Below, in pieces: positions 10,895 through 24,474 of a DNA stretch of 64,000 nucleotides; position 1 is the first letter of the stretch, and each line of letters starts with the position of its first letter. The stretch covers positions 31,000,001-31,064,000 of the forward strand of contig OZ231126.1 in the NCBI GenBank assembly GCA_965153355.1, written 5' to 3'. The position numbers and the translations under genes were made by a program. This DNA is from Flaccisagitta enflata (Eukaryota). The notes beneath the pieces were generated by a model. The model did not search any database, was not told the DNA's origin, and saw nothing but the letters and a program-made list of their open reading frames with translations.

Positions 10895-13867
10895 AAAACA
10901 ATGGTTCTATTTTTTTTTTCTTACCTCATGTGAATTTGGTCACTTTATATAGCTTTATTACATCTATAGTTTTCCTTTTCGATTTTTAGTCGCGAGCACG
11001 CAACTCTACACCTTGCTCAGTCGGTCGGTCTGTTGGTCCGTTGGTCCGTCCGTAACATTTTTAAATTTTTGACGTTTTTAACTCTTTTTAACATTTTTTA
11101 ATATTTTTCATCAATTTTTAAGATTTTTAAAAACTTTTCAACATTTCTTAATATCTTTTAACATTTTTTTTAAAACCTTTTTACCATTTCTAACATCTTG
11201 TTATGTTTTTACTCTTTTGTTTTTCATTTCCAGACGCACGCGACTGTTGCCCTCTTGAGCTTGTACTCAAAATACTTTCATTTAGAAACTTTTTTTTGGC
11301 TGAGGGGGAGTCCGGAATCCTATCGATATGCGTGACCGCGATCTTATTCACATTATTTTTCGGCATTTTCGCAAATCTCTCTCTTTTTCTTTCTGGCGAG
11401 TTCAATTCGCTAGTCTACAAGAAAAGAAACGAAAAGAAACTTGACAAAAATAATGAATATACATCATTTGACGCAGCATTAAAACAAGCTTCGTATTTTA
11501 GGAAGATATCTCTAAAACACCAATGATAGGCGGAGCTGCTTCACACAGCGTTGCCTTTTCGGAGCGCAATCGTCAGTCACTGGTAAAATTGTTTGACGGC
11601 GATTGCGTTTGTTGTGGACTTGTGTCTTTTGTTTGAGCTGACTTGCAATCAGCCTCTACCAATCATGTCACTACCAGCTTCTCTAAACATAAGGCTCAGT
11701 CAAAAAGTGAACAAATGACTATCACCGGAATTTGGAAAAATGAAGTACAAATGAAGTTTAAGTTAAAGGTGAAGGTAACGCATCTTCTTGGAGTTGCCAC
11801 TCAATATTGCTTTTTAAAGAGTCTGTCTATAGGTCACGCTTTTCTATTTGGGGCTTATGAAATCTTCTCCAATACTTATTTGGGGCCGATGGAATACTCT
11901 GGAATAGTCATTTGCATCACGGTCCCTGTGCCCTCTTTCCTTCCTCTATGCGATCGTCAACGATGGCTAGTTTTCTATTTGAACTTGTATTGGGTACTGG
12001 CTCCAGAGGGGACAAAGTCGTGAAGAACACAGGGGGAATCTGTCCATATGTCCCTTCATCGGTATGCCCATCTGTCCATCCATTTTTCCCCCCATCTGCC
12101 CCCTTCCCTTCCCTTCCTGCCTAGTCCTCAGGACATTGTCTACTGTGGGGCCTATTCCTGTTCTCTTTTTTTTTTCTTGTAAATTTTCCATGTTATTCGA
12201 TGGGAATTTTGCATTTTTCAAGTTTTTGTCAATGTTCCATGTTATTGAATAAGAATTTTGCTTTTTTTTCATAATTCCCCAATTTTCCATGTACTTCAAT
12301 GGGAATCTATGCATTTCTCTTTTTTTTGGTGAATTTTCCATCTTATTCAATGGCATATTTGTACTTTGTTCTTCTTGTCATTTTCCATCATTGCATTTTT
12401 TCACGATATTGCATTTTTTTCAATTTTTTGGTCAATTTTCCATGTTATTCAATAAGAGCATGATGGACAGATGGTTGGACAAGAAGACAGAGAGATGATT
12501 GGAAAAATGGATGGATGGATTGACGGATGGACATATGGTCATTCCTGTCATGTCTCATGTCATCTCTTCTGTCATGTCTCCAGTCATGTGTCCTGTCATG
12601 TCTCTAATCATATCTCCTGTAATGTCTTCTTTCATGTCTCCTCTCATGTGCCCTGTCTTGTGCTCCAATGGATCCTTTATTTGTTTTTGAAAAAAAAAAA
12701 CAAAGTTGAATTGTAATTTTGTGATTTTTTTTTTCTACAAAAATAGAATAAATTTCCACGGCAATAATCACAGATTGAAACTATTACAATGTACAAATGT
12801 AACGGTGCAAGTGAATCTCAATGTTACCCAGTATGTTTCTATCAGGAAAAACAAATGTAACGGTGCAAGAAAATTTTATGTTTATACACAGTTTGAATAT
12901 GTTAAAATTATAAAAAGTACCGCAAGTGAATCTCATGATGTCATATTGTCATAGTTTAAAATCTTTAAAGAATACTCATTTAACTCTGCAAACAAATTTC
13001 ACGACTGTACACAATTTAGAACTGTTACAATGAACAAATCAAACACTGCAATTTAATAAAAAGAATACGCGGTTTGATGGCATTACACATTACGCTTGTG
13101 AACAGTGCATGTGGATCCTAAATGAGAATTCAATGTGTGCTCATTTTTTTATGATAATTGATCAAGTAACAGTATGTTTATTCTCAAATGAAACGAAAGA
13201 TGACAGCATAAATCGAAAACTAATGAAGGTAATCAAATTCTGCAAAAAGTACCTCAAAGATTATGTTTTGACATTTATTTATGCAAAATCTTAGCCTTTG
13301 GGGTCAAATAGTTTAGCTTCAATCTGCATTTGAAGAAAAAAATGAATTGTTATTTGTTACTTTTTTCCACTGGAGACAAAGGATGAAATTTTCCAATTTT
13401 GCTATTTTTTTCCAACAAAAATGGTAACTGTTTATCTTAACAGGCAATGTATGGGGTATTTCTAATAGCAGATAAGATTTTTCTTGCTAACTGGTTCAAT
13501 TCAACAAAAATCTCCAAAACATTTTTTTATGGACTGAAATTAGAAGAAAATTAAGTGATATTGTGATTTTAACAATTTTGCTTTAAGTACGGATTGAAGC
13601 TAGACTAATTGAGATCTAAGGCCAAGATTTGGCACAAACAATTGCCAGAACATACTTTTTCAGGAACTTTTTTCAGAATTTGATTATCTTAATTTGTTTT
13701 GGATTTATGCCGTCATCTTTCGTTTCATTTGATAATAAACATACTGTAGGATGGGTCAGTCAAATTAAAAACAACAGGAAACAAAACTTGAACCAGATAC
13801 ATGGTGGGGAAATAGTTCAGGCATGTGTGTATGTCACACAACATAAGTGTGGTAGTCGTTTATGGTT

Positions 13868-14840
<973 letters not shown>

Positions 14841-15344
14841 CTGAACTCATTTTTATAGTTATTTAGGGGTCAAAATTGAGATCGATGAAAAATATCGATC
14901 TCTGAGAAATATGCGAAAAATGTGAAAAAATAAAAAAAGATTAAAAAATTCATAGCGCCTAAAGTATTGATCCGACAGTGCCCTGCTTTTTTCCAGAAGG
15001 TGTAAAAAAGTGCCCTCTTTCACCCTGTACCAATTTCAACCCCAGCCTCGGGCGAGCCTAGTCGTGACTCAACTTCCTCAAAACATCTCAAGCGAAAATG
15101 GGAAAAATTAATTCCTAAGCGAAACTCAAAAAATCGAAAAACGTTTTTCGATTTTTTTCCCAATCATGCTTTCAGCAATCCCTCCTGCTCTTCCTTTTCC
15201 TCCTCCTCCTCGTCCTCCTCTTCCTCCTCGTCCTCCTCTTCCTCCTCGTCCTCCTCGTCCTCCTTCTCCACCTCCTCCTTGTTGGGTAGCAGCCCCAAAG
15301 AGCCGATCTCCTGCAGAGCACGGGGATAAACCGTTATGTACATA

Positions 15345-15552
15345 CAGTGGAACCCCGCAATAATAGCCGCAATAATAGCAATAATAGCCGCAATAATAGC
15401 CGCAATAATAGCCTCGCCCATTAATAAAGGTCAATATGTTGAAGTCCTAAATCGTAGTGTTTAATGTTATTTCACCTCTCTTTAAAGGTTACCCTGAGAT
15501 AAAGGTGAAAAATCTTCAGTCCCAATAGGACCGATGAGGCGGGGTCCTACTG
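15345..15552. mobile_element. Small Tc1/mariner/pogo-type MITE
   Basis: TA|CAGTGGAACCCCGC ... GCGGGGTCCTACTG|TA; related element near 27268-27393. Confidence 0.6.
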
Positions 15553-16701
15553 TACATCTGTCCATCCGGCCCCTAGGGATCCTGATCCCAACTCCAGGAC
15601 TACACGCCCAAATCCAAGCCTCCATGCCCAAATTCCAACCTGTTGGCCCAAATCCCAGCCTCAAGACCAAAATCTTGGCCTTGAGGCCCTAATCTCAGCC
15701 ATAAGACTCAAATCCCGATCTAAAGCCAAAATCCTAGCCTCTAAGACAAAATCCCTATAGGCTTAAACAGTGGGAAATCCCAAACCACTCCACTAAAACC
15801 TTAAATCTATAAAACTCCTCAAATAAGTCATGGAGATACAGACAGATAGACGTAATGGTTCACCTCTGTGTTCTACAGGACATTGGCCCTTTGCGGCCGC
15901 TGCCTTGCACTCACCCTACCCATTTTCAAACAGCGATAAAGTAGTGCAATGGGTACCGCTGACCATACGCGATCCTTGTACGACTGGTTCTTCCTCCTCT
16001 TTCTCCATCAACTCCTTCAAATCGGTTTTTTTCGTCTCCATTCATTTCATCCGCGCCCACTTTTATTCCGTTGTAAAGGAAGGATTTGTTTCACATCATT
16101 ATCTGTCAGTCTTTCACGTATACATATTCGTAAGAGATAACTTATCTTTTTGCATATTTTGTCCGTCCATCTGTCTCTCTCTATGTGTTAGAGTGCATAC
16201 TAAATAAGTTGTAGGTCGAATATCAAAAAGTGCAAGGGTCAAATTTTTGGAAATATGGTCTACTTTGAAGAAATAATCGATTTTGGCCAAAAAACTTGGA
16301 TTTTTGTATGCAAATAGGGATTAAGGACCACCAGAGAGGGCTAAATTATTTGATAGTTCACCTTGTTTTATTTATAAACTCTTATTGGATTGGAGGAAAG
16401 ACTTGTCATTGGTCTCGTTTGAAAGATTACTAATCGTAGAACATGAAAAAATGATTAAAGATAGTATGTGTATCTATCTGTCTGCCCGTTTATTCGGTCG
16501 GTCTCTACAAGCCGTTACTGGATGTATTTCACTTGTTCTTTCCAGGTTCTCTGTTTTTCTCATATCACTTGCAGTATCCATTTCTGTCTCTCTTCACAAT
16601 CAGTCTCAGTCCGTGTATGGGATAGCTTTACTTATATATTTCTCTGTTTGTCTGTCTTTCAGTCTGTCTAGCTGTAAGGGGGGGGGGGAAATACATATCA
16701 A

Positions 16702-16960
16702 TCAATTTCCGGCGGGACCTCTCTGCAGAATGATGTTTCTGCCGATTTCATTTTCCTTGACATGACTTTTTCGTGAGTTTTTCTTCTTCATTTTATTTCC
16801 GATTTTCACTTTTTGCTGTAAATTGTCTGCTTCCTCTTCTTCTCTTTGCACATTTGCTTCTTCTTCTTCTTCCTCTTCTTCTTTTGCTTCTTCTTCTCTT
16901 TTTTGGTTTCCTTCTTCAACGTAGTAACGGAAACTCCATTTTTGACTTGTTTTTGAGTGG
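16702..16960 (-). CDS. Terminal coding exon of a GALNT-like gene (end of ricin-B lectin domain plus a charged tail)
   Basis: Acceptor CCATTTACAG|; phase 2 joins the upstream ...TGC AG to give STCSHSKTSQKWSF (QxW motif); TGA at 16704-16702. Confidence 0.75.
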
Positions 16961-16977
16961 CTGTAAATGGAAGAGAG

Positions 16978-17233
<256 letters not shown>

Positions 17234-17500
17234 CATTTAGACATTTAGACATTTATTAGTCCATATTGCAATAAATACAATTGTACAATTGAATCATCAA
17301 AGTACACGGACATCAATAAAGACAGAAGTTAAGTTTTTTTTTAAATAAGTCCATCTAGCTAAGATCAAATGACGCAACATTAAATACATCCTTACAGTAT
17401 CACAGAAGCAAGTTAAAAGAATTAAATACAAGGGATATACGAAAAGGAGATAGAAAAAAAAGAAAAAAGAAACGGGTACCAGTATCAAATTATGACAATT

Positions 17501-20500
17501 CTATTGTCTCGTTTCATTCTTGTTATTTTCAAGATTCCAAATACATTGTAAAAGGCTTGAAATCTGCCGTAAGGTGTCTTTATCATGGGTATATACCGCA
17601 TTAAAATCTATTTCATATTTATCACCGTAAAGGTTAACATCTTTCCATCTAATACAATGGTTTATGCGATGGTTCTCATCATCAATAGTTTTACATGTGG
17701 CGCATAGCTTGGTACCATATTTGCCCTTATAGTTGTTGGCACAGTCCAGCATGCCATATCGAGCCATGATAATGGTTTTTACACAATGTCTCGGTAGATC
17801 AAATAGTACATTTTCGTTATTTTCAGTACAATTGTTTTCCAAAGACTTAGCCACTTCTAGAGTTTTTGTTTTTAATTTTTCTTTACCCTTACAGGAGTCT
17901 AAGATCTTCTTTCGATTAAGTTGCCACGTGGCTTTATCTACAATGGCTCTCCATTCGACTTTTTTCTTTCCCCGTATTTCATCAAGATTCAGCTCTATGC
18001 CGCATTCATGCAGAGTCGTGACAATGTACTTCCCCCAACCACTTTTTTCTGAAACTTGGGAGAGAAGTGTTTTTTTGCCAAGGTCCTCGTCCTCACGTAC
18101 AAGAATTGTGTGCAAGTACTTCAATTGACGATTTATAACCCGAATGGACGTGTATGGTGCTCGAGATTCGTATATCACAGCAGCTGTCGGTGTTGTGATG
18201 GGCAGGCCTAACAATTTTTTAAACGCCCATATTTCCATTTTGTCAAGCGAATTCCTGTCTTTTTTGCTTAGGGTCCAGGATTCACAGTTGATCAATATGG
18301 AGGGTATGGTGTATGCCTCATGGAGTCGAAGTAATGTTTTTGTCTCAATTCTTTTCATCACTTCAATTTGAGAGCTTGCCAGTACTCGTCTAGTTGTACG
18401 CTGCATTCTGATTTTCCTATTTTCAATGTTTTTGTCGTTTTTGCCATCTGGGGTAATTATGTCTCCCAGATAGGTATACTCATTTGTTGACGTAATGGTC
18501 TCTTCACCAAGATTCCATTTGGTCTCATTGTTGTTATTTTTCCCAACTTCCATCACCTTGCATTTTTCGGGGCCCCATTTCAGTTTATGTTTTGTTGCAA
18601 ATTCATCAATAAATTCTAAAGTTCTTAGTTGCTGATTGTGACTTTCTGCGAACGATATGACATCATCAACCCATTCTAGAGCACTTAGGTTTATATTGTT
18701 TATAGAGATTCCGAGATCAGCAGTTCTCCCAAGATCTTCAGCAAGAGTATCCATGAGTTTTGCGAATAAAAATGTCATAATCTTTCCTCCTTGTTTGCCA
18801 CCTATTTCTCGCTCTATTTTGTCTGTTTTGCCATATCTAGTGTTTATTCTGGCCGTTAGATTAGTATTGAGAAGTTTTGTTAAGCGCCATAACTTGCCTT
18901 TGAGGCCTGCATTCCATGCAATATAAAGCATGTCATGAGGGTCAGCATGGTCGTACGCCTTTTGTACGTCGTAAAAAGTTATATACAGAGGGCGTTTATT
19001 TTTTATGGCTGTGCTCATTGCTGCTCGCAATAGAAAAAGGTGGTCTCTGGTAGCACTCCCTTTCTTCCCACCACCCTGTGCGGGGGAGAGTTTTATTATG
19101 TTCCTCATACGATTGTGTATAATTTCCTCAGGGATCATTGAGATGGTACTAGATACTGTGATCCCGCGTTGATACTCCATTTTTTCCTTGTCTCCTTTCC
19201 CTTTCCATACTGAGGAAATAAGTCCTTCATTCCATAAACTTGGGATGATTTCGCCTTCCCAAAAAGCCTTAACTACGTGATGGATTAGTTTTGCCATTTC
19301 CTCTTCTCCAAGTTTTATGATCTCGTTGGGCAAATCCGTTGTGCTTTTTCCATTTTTCTTATTCTTAATAGCCATTTTGATTTCAGCGAGGGTAGGACAT
19401 TCATTGTAGTCCAGGTGATCATATGAAAAGTCGGTTTCATACATCTTTATGGCCTGCTCAACCTGATCGTGGTATGGATGATGGGGAATCTTTTGTTTTG
19501 TAAAGAGCTCAGTATAATAGTTTGCGACTCTTTCTTTTATTCCATCTGGGTCTATCAATCTCTTTCCATTGTGGTCTTTTATAGAAATCCATGAAGATGG
19601 TGGATCACGGTTTCCATTTCTTACATTATTCCAGAAATGGGCACAACTTTTGTCTTGGATCATGAGTGAGAATTTTTCCCGTATTCTTTCCGCTCTTTCT
19701 TGTTCTATTTGGTTCCTTGTCTCTCTTTGTTTTGCAAAGTACTGCTGCTTAAGATCATTTTTGATGTTTATATCCTTTTCAGAGAGGATGAGTTTCTTTA
19801 AACGTCTTTTTCCCATCCTCATTTCAGTGACAACCTCACTGAATTTCTCAGGTTTTGTTTTTTTAATGGATCTTTTCCCAATAGTGGACCCTGCGATTCT
19901 TTCAATCTCATTATACCATTGATTGTATCTTACATCTATTGGTATAGTATGGTCAGCCATTATTTGACTGCTTTCTGCATTAAACCTTCGTAATGCAAGA
20001 TAGAAAGCATCTAGTTGTTCTTCACTTGCGGTTGTTTTCCATACAGTTTTGATCACATTTTTTTGGTGATCAATGTTTTCTAGATTGAGGCTGATTAAGA
20101 TAGAGTTGTGATCTGACTCTGCCTTATCATTTTTCATCACATATGATCCCTCCTCGTCTATTTGTACCCCTTCAATGAGTGACTCTGACTCAGAGCATGC
20201 CAATACAAAATCAATGGCAGATTTTTCAGTTGGTTTCTTCCGATTTACTCTAGTTACTTTTCCGCTGCAAATTTCTGATAGATTCATGATAGTTAGAGAT
20301 GCTTCTTCCGTCATGTTGAGGAGACATTGTCCATTTCTAGAGATAGGTTCATCAAGAATTCCAATTTTTGCATTCGCATCCATGCAGATAATCACATCTC
20401 CATATTGTTTTATTTCTAATATCTCCTGAGTTAATTCGCCAAATTCTGTTTCGATTTCCTCTTTTGTTACTCCGGTCTCCTGTTTTCCGTAGTATACCCC

Positions 20501-20854
20501 TATGTATAGTGGAGTTTGATTTTTCCTTCGCACACTGATCCACATCAATTCTAGTTCTCTCTGTGAATCGTGTGGCGTTACATGACTCATCACATCATTC
20601 CTTACTAAAATGCCAACCCCGCCTTTTCCGTTTATGCGACTTCTTCCACAGAATGAGTAGCCTTGAATTTGAATTTTTGTCATGTCATTTAGCATTGTTT
20701 CAGTAAATAAAGCAATCTGTGGCGAGTTTTCTGTTAGAATGTCTATGAGGCATGGTATTTTACTTTTAATACCTTGTGCATTTGAATAGAAGATATTCCA
20801 TTGTTCAGACTTTTTTGTTCTTTGCCTTCTCTTTTTGTATTTTTGTTTTCTGTT
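17501..20854 (-). CDS. LINE ORF2: APE endonuclease + reverse transcriptase + C-terminal CCHC
   Basis: APE motifs (YSNAQG, FTET, MDANA, SAIDF, SDHN), RT motifs (RGITV, DVQKAYD, KQGG, WVDD, YLG), CATC..ENHRINHC; the frame is open for 53 codons upstream of the first ATG (20695), up to the ORF1 stop. Confidence 0.92.
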   Translation of the reverse strand, partial: NRKQKYKKRRQRTKKSEQWNIFYSNAQGIKSKIPCLIDILTENSPQIALFTETMLNDMTKIQIQGYSFCGRSRINGKGGVGILVRNDVMSHVTPHDSQRELELMWISVRRKNQTPLYIGVYYGKQETGVTKEEIETEFGELTQEILEIKQYGDVIICMDANAKIGILDEPISRNGQCLLNMTEEASLTIMNLSEICSGKVTRVNRKKPTEKSAIDFVLACSESESLIEGVQIDEEGSYVMKNDKAESDHNSILISLNLENIDHQKNVIKTVWKTTASEEQLDAFYLALRRFNAESSQIMADHTIPIDVRYNQWYNEIERIAGSTIGKRSIKKTKPEKFSEVVTEMRMGKRRLKKLILSEKDINIKNDLKQQYFAKQRETRNQIEQERAERIREKFSLMIQDKSCAHFWNNVRNGNRDPPSSWISIKDHNGKRLIDPDGIKERVANYYTELFTKQKIPHHPYHDQVEQAIKMYETDFSYDHLDYNECPTLAEIKMAIKNKKNGKSTTDLPNEIIKLGEEEMAKLIHHVVKAFWEGEIIPSLWNEGLISSVWKGKGDKEKMEYQRGITVSSTISMIPEEIIHNRMRNIIKLSPAQGGGKKGSATRDHLFLLRAAMSTAIKNKRPLYITFYDVQKAYDHADPHDMLYIAWNAGLKGKLWRLTKLLNTNLTARINTRYGKTDKIEREIGGKQGGKIMTFLFAKLMDTLAEDLGRTADLGISINNINLSALEWVDDVISFAESHNQQLRTLEFIDEFATKHKLKWGPEKCKVMEVGKNNNNETKWNLGEETITSTNEYTYLGDIITPDGKNDKNIENRKIRMQRTTRRVLASSQIEVMKRIETKTLLRLHEAYTIPSILINCESWTLSKKDRNSLDKMEIWAFKKLLGLPITTPTAAVIYESRAPYTSIRVINRQLKYLHTILVREDEDLGKKTLLSQVSEKSGWGKYIVTTLHECGIELNLDEIRGKKKVEWRAIVDKATWQLNRKKILDSCKGKEKLKTKTLEVAKSLENNCTENNENVLFDLPRHCVKTIIMARYGMLDCANNYKGKYGTKLCATCKTIDDENHRINHCIRWKDVNLYGDKYEIDFNAVYTHDKDTLRQISSLLQCIWNLENNKNETRQ

Positions 20855-22564
20855 TCAGGTGCGTGTGTCAATTTTTTGAAGTATGGCCTGGGTGGTTTTT
20901 GTTAGCTCTGATATCGCAGTCATGATTACCTCAGACTGGCCTGGATTTGGATTTTCGTTGATTAGCTTGGCGGGCATACGGGGTTGATATGGCTCCCGAT
21001 TGTGGCCTTTAGAATAAAGACTTCTTCGTATGGCTTTCATGTGTTCCTTAAAACCATGGTCGGTATAGTGTATACCATTTAGCATGTGTGGCCTGAGCTT
21101 TTTCGTTCTCCGATCAAAGAGTTCTTTGTTGTCAATGAAAGAGTGGTTTGAAGTTTTGGCATATTCGTCTATCTTTTTATTCAGCTCAATTTGCCTTTCT
21201 GTAACTGGTGGAACTGCTGCAGCATGGATGTGTGCATTGGGAAAAGATTTTTTGTACTCTTCACACATTTCTTTGTGTTTTTTAAGAGTTTCATTCACCG
21301 TCTCTTTCTGATTTTTTGAGTCATTGATGCCTGGGAGAAGTATAACGTCAGTGACGTCATCAGGATTTTTCACCTTGGGAATGTTTTTTGCTTGGTTGAG
21401 AGTATAGCGTCTGCGTTTTAGGACTTTTTTGCCCGGATGTATTCTTTCTGGATCGATGTTGTTTCCATTTGAATCATGAATGATCAGGATTTCAGCCTCT
21501 CTGAGCTCATTTCCATCAATCACAACGGGATTTTCGGCGCTGTCTCCTTTATGCAAGCCAGTATCGTTTTTTTGTTCTGGGTTTTTGATTTGGTCATTGG
21601 GATTGATTGTTTTCTCCAAGTTGCCTATTTTTTCTGCCATGTCGACTAGAATCTCACCACAATGGTTTTGCCATATTTCATTGGGACCTTGTTCCCCTTC
21701 GCTTCTTTTGTTTACCTTTTCAGTAAGATCAGAGACTGCAGCTTTAAGCTCCTTGACATCCGAAGCCATTTCGTTTACGTTACATGCCATTTCCGCGAGA
21801 TTTTCATATCGCTTTAGGATGATCGAGCAATTCTTGCTGAGCGTTTCATTGACCTCCGTTAGACCGGCATTCTGTTTCTTCAGTTCGGTGATTTCGGCAT
21901 CTTTTGCCGAGGTGACTTGTATAACGAGATCAGAGCAGATTGTCGTTAGTAGTTTTTCCAATTCACTTTTAGGCTGCGTTGTGTCATGAGCCCCCTGGCT
22001 TTGAGAATCAAACATGTCAGTTTGTGATTTTTCGCCACTTTCAATTGTTTGACTGTCTCCTTTCCTTTCGTGAGAGCGGGGCAGAACAACAGTTTGATTG
22101 GCATTCTTTCTCAGTAAGCTCCTGACCTTCTGGCTGAGGCTATTATCATGTTCGGCTGTGCTGATATCCTGCCCAGTTTGGAACGTATCATCCTCGGTGA
22201 TGGTGCTGCTCGTTTCATCATCATCATCATTTTCCGATCCATGTTCACTCTCTGTGACGTCGATGTCGGCGAGATCACTGTCTGTAGCTGATATTCGATG
22301 GCTTGAGTTGAGCGGTGGTTGCACGTTGATGTCACTCATTAGCGCGATGCATTCATCTTCGTTTGCATGGAAGTATTCGGCGATTTGTTTAATTTGAGCA
22401 GGATCGACTTTATTCTTGTTTGCATATTCGCAGATTTCGTTTCTGAGATCCTCAACTGTGCCATCCATTAGTATGTTGACCTTATGACAAATATATCGCA
22501 AACAGTTAATTTTTTTGTTTGGATGCGACGTTAAAAAGGATTTCAGTGCAGCGCCGATGGCCAT
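20855..22564 (-). CDS. LINE ORF1: coiled coil + SGNH/GDSL esterase-like domain
   Basis: 569 aa; heptad-like central region; SGNH blocks IIHDSN, LLPGIND, NGIHYT. Confidence 0.85.
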   Translation of the reverse strand: MAIGAALKSFLTSHPNKKINCLRYICHKVNILMDGTVEDLRNEICEYANKNKVDPAQIKQIAEYFHANEDECIALMSDINVQPPLNSSHRISATDSDLADIDVTESEHGSENDDDDETSSTITEDDTFQTGQDISTAEHDNSLSQKVRSLLRKNANQTVVLPRSHERKGDSQTIESGEKSQTDMFDSQSQGAHDTTQPKSELEKLLTTICSDLVIQVTSAKDAEITELKKQNAGLTEVNETLSKNCSIILKRYENLAEMACNVNEMASDVKELKAAVSDLTEKVNKRSEGEQGPNEIWQNHCGEILVDMAEKIGNLEKTINPNDQIKNPEQKNDTGLHKGDSAENPVVIDGNELREAEILIIHDSNGNNIDPERIHPGKKVLKRRRYTLNQAKNIPKVKNPDDVTDVILLPGINDSKNQKETVNETLKKHKEMCEEYKKSFPNAHIHAAAVPPVTERQIELNKKIDEYAKTSNHSFIDNKELFDRRTKKLRPHMLNGIHYTDHGFKEHMKAIRRSLYSKGHNREPYQPRMPAKLINENPNPGQSEVIMTAISELTKTTQAILQKIDTRT

Positions 22565-23031
22565 TTTTGCCTGATTAGATTGGCCACTGATTTACGAACG
22601 AGGAGCAGGAATAATCCGACTGTTTTTATGTGATTCGGGCGCAGGAATAATCCGTCACGATCTATGTAGGAGTTTTCGGTGATGAGCACGTGGTCCAATG
22701 ATAAAAATGTAGCGATAGAGTAATCCAATGTCAAAAATAGAAATGTGGCGATAGTGTAATCCAATGTCAATAAATGTGATTAAGAATATGTACAGGAAGA
22801 TGAGATTATGTACATATATAGATTGTTTGTTCAGCCGTTTTCTTTTTCTATTTGTAGGGAAATGTTCTTCGTTATTTCTTGTTTCTTTTTTCCATAGAAT
22901 AGGACGAGATATATGGATTTCTATGGATAGGACGAGATTTCTTTTATTTTCTTGTTGTTTGGTATTTTTTCGAGAAAAATTCGGATCGAGAGAGGAGATG
23001 TGATCGTCATGGGGTTAGGAGAGAGAGAGAG

Positions 23032-23165
<134 letters not shown>

Positions 23166-23767
23166 AATGACCATGAGTTCCAAGGGCATAAAGGATTTGA
23201 CATGGTGGGCAGTTGGACAAATTCGAACAAAATTTGACATACATTTGATAGTTAAACAACTCCATTCATCCTGATTTTGACATACCCTTCAACTTAATCT
23301 TTAGGCACGCTCTACTGTTTTAGTCTCATAATTCATTTTTTGATGCACCCGTCAGGAACGCATCTCTATAAAAGGATCTGTCCATCTGTCCATCCTTCTG
23401 TCTGTCCCTCTGTCTGTCTGCCCGTATGTCCATCCTTTACGCTTTCTTAAAAATCGCAGTTTTTGGCTCTATTCAGGCTCTTTTCAGCCGTGACGATGTC
23501 TGGAATCAAACTGAACATTATTTGGGATGATTCGAGGCAGTTTTATCAGTCTTACCGTCCATCAATCAGTCACGTGATCACCCCATATATCTGACATGTT
23601 TAGCACCTAGGTAAATACACTCAGAGACAAAGTTCGGACGCATCGTTGTTTCTTTCATACAGACAAACTCGCCTAGGTATTGTAAAACCATAAAAGTTTC
23701 GGTTGATGAGATGTCATACAAGTTTCCCTAAGTCTGCAAACGGATTTGCAAATGGCTATGTCTGTGG

Positions 23768-23949
<182 letters not shown>

Positions 23950-23952
23950 CAC

Positions 23953-24077
23953 CTGCAAGTCGACATGATGGGTTTGAAGTCTTTGGTCATGTCCAGACAG
24001 GTGCCAGTTGAGACGTGTTGCACCTGCCCAAATTTCGTGTGTCGCCATCGATTATTCGACTGAGGGGCCAAAATGCA
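23953..24077 (-). CDS. GALNT-like exon (ricin-B lectin)
   Basis: Acceptor TTTCTTTAG|, CILAPQSNNRWRHTKFGQVQHVSTGTCLDMTKDFKPIMSTC, donor AG|GTGTGT. Confidence 0.85.
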
Positions 24078-24101
24078 CTAAAGAAAAAAAAAAGATTTAT
24101 A

Positions 24102-24474
24102 CAGTTCAGCTTTACTACAGCGCATTTCAAGGGACTAACAGGGTGTTCAAAAAATTTTGCACAAGACTATAATGAGAACTACATAAAATACATATTTTTT
24201 GTTGGCCAAACCATGTAATAGTTAGACTGAATTATTTTGGCAATGTTGGGAAAATCAAGTCTAAGTTTCACTGTACTAGGTTGATTAGAAATTTAATACT
24301 GCAGTACTTTTGCAAAATTTATTGCACACCTTGTTCAGAAAAGTTTTGCCTTAAAGTGAAGCTGCCTTGTTGCCAATATAGCAATAACTACAAAATTTTT
24401 CATGGAACTGTGAGTTGTATGCCTTGTAGGCGGGTATGCCTTGATAGCGGGTGCGCTAAAGCGGTGCTCAACTG
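24102..24474. mobile_element. Tc1/mariner-type MITE next to a GALNT acceptor
   Basis: TA|CAGTTCAGCTTTACTACAGCGCA ... TGCGCTAAAGCGGTGCTCAACTG|TA; probable nested CAGGGTG element at ~24139-24333. Confidence 0.55.
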
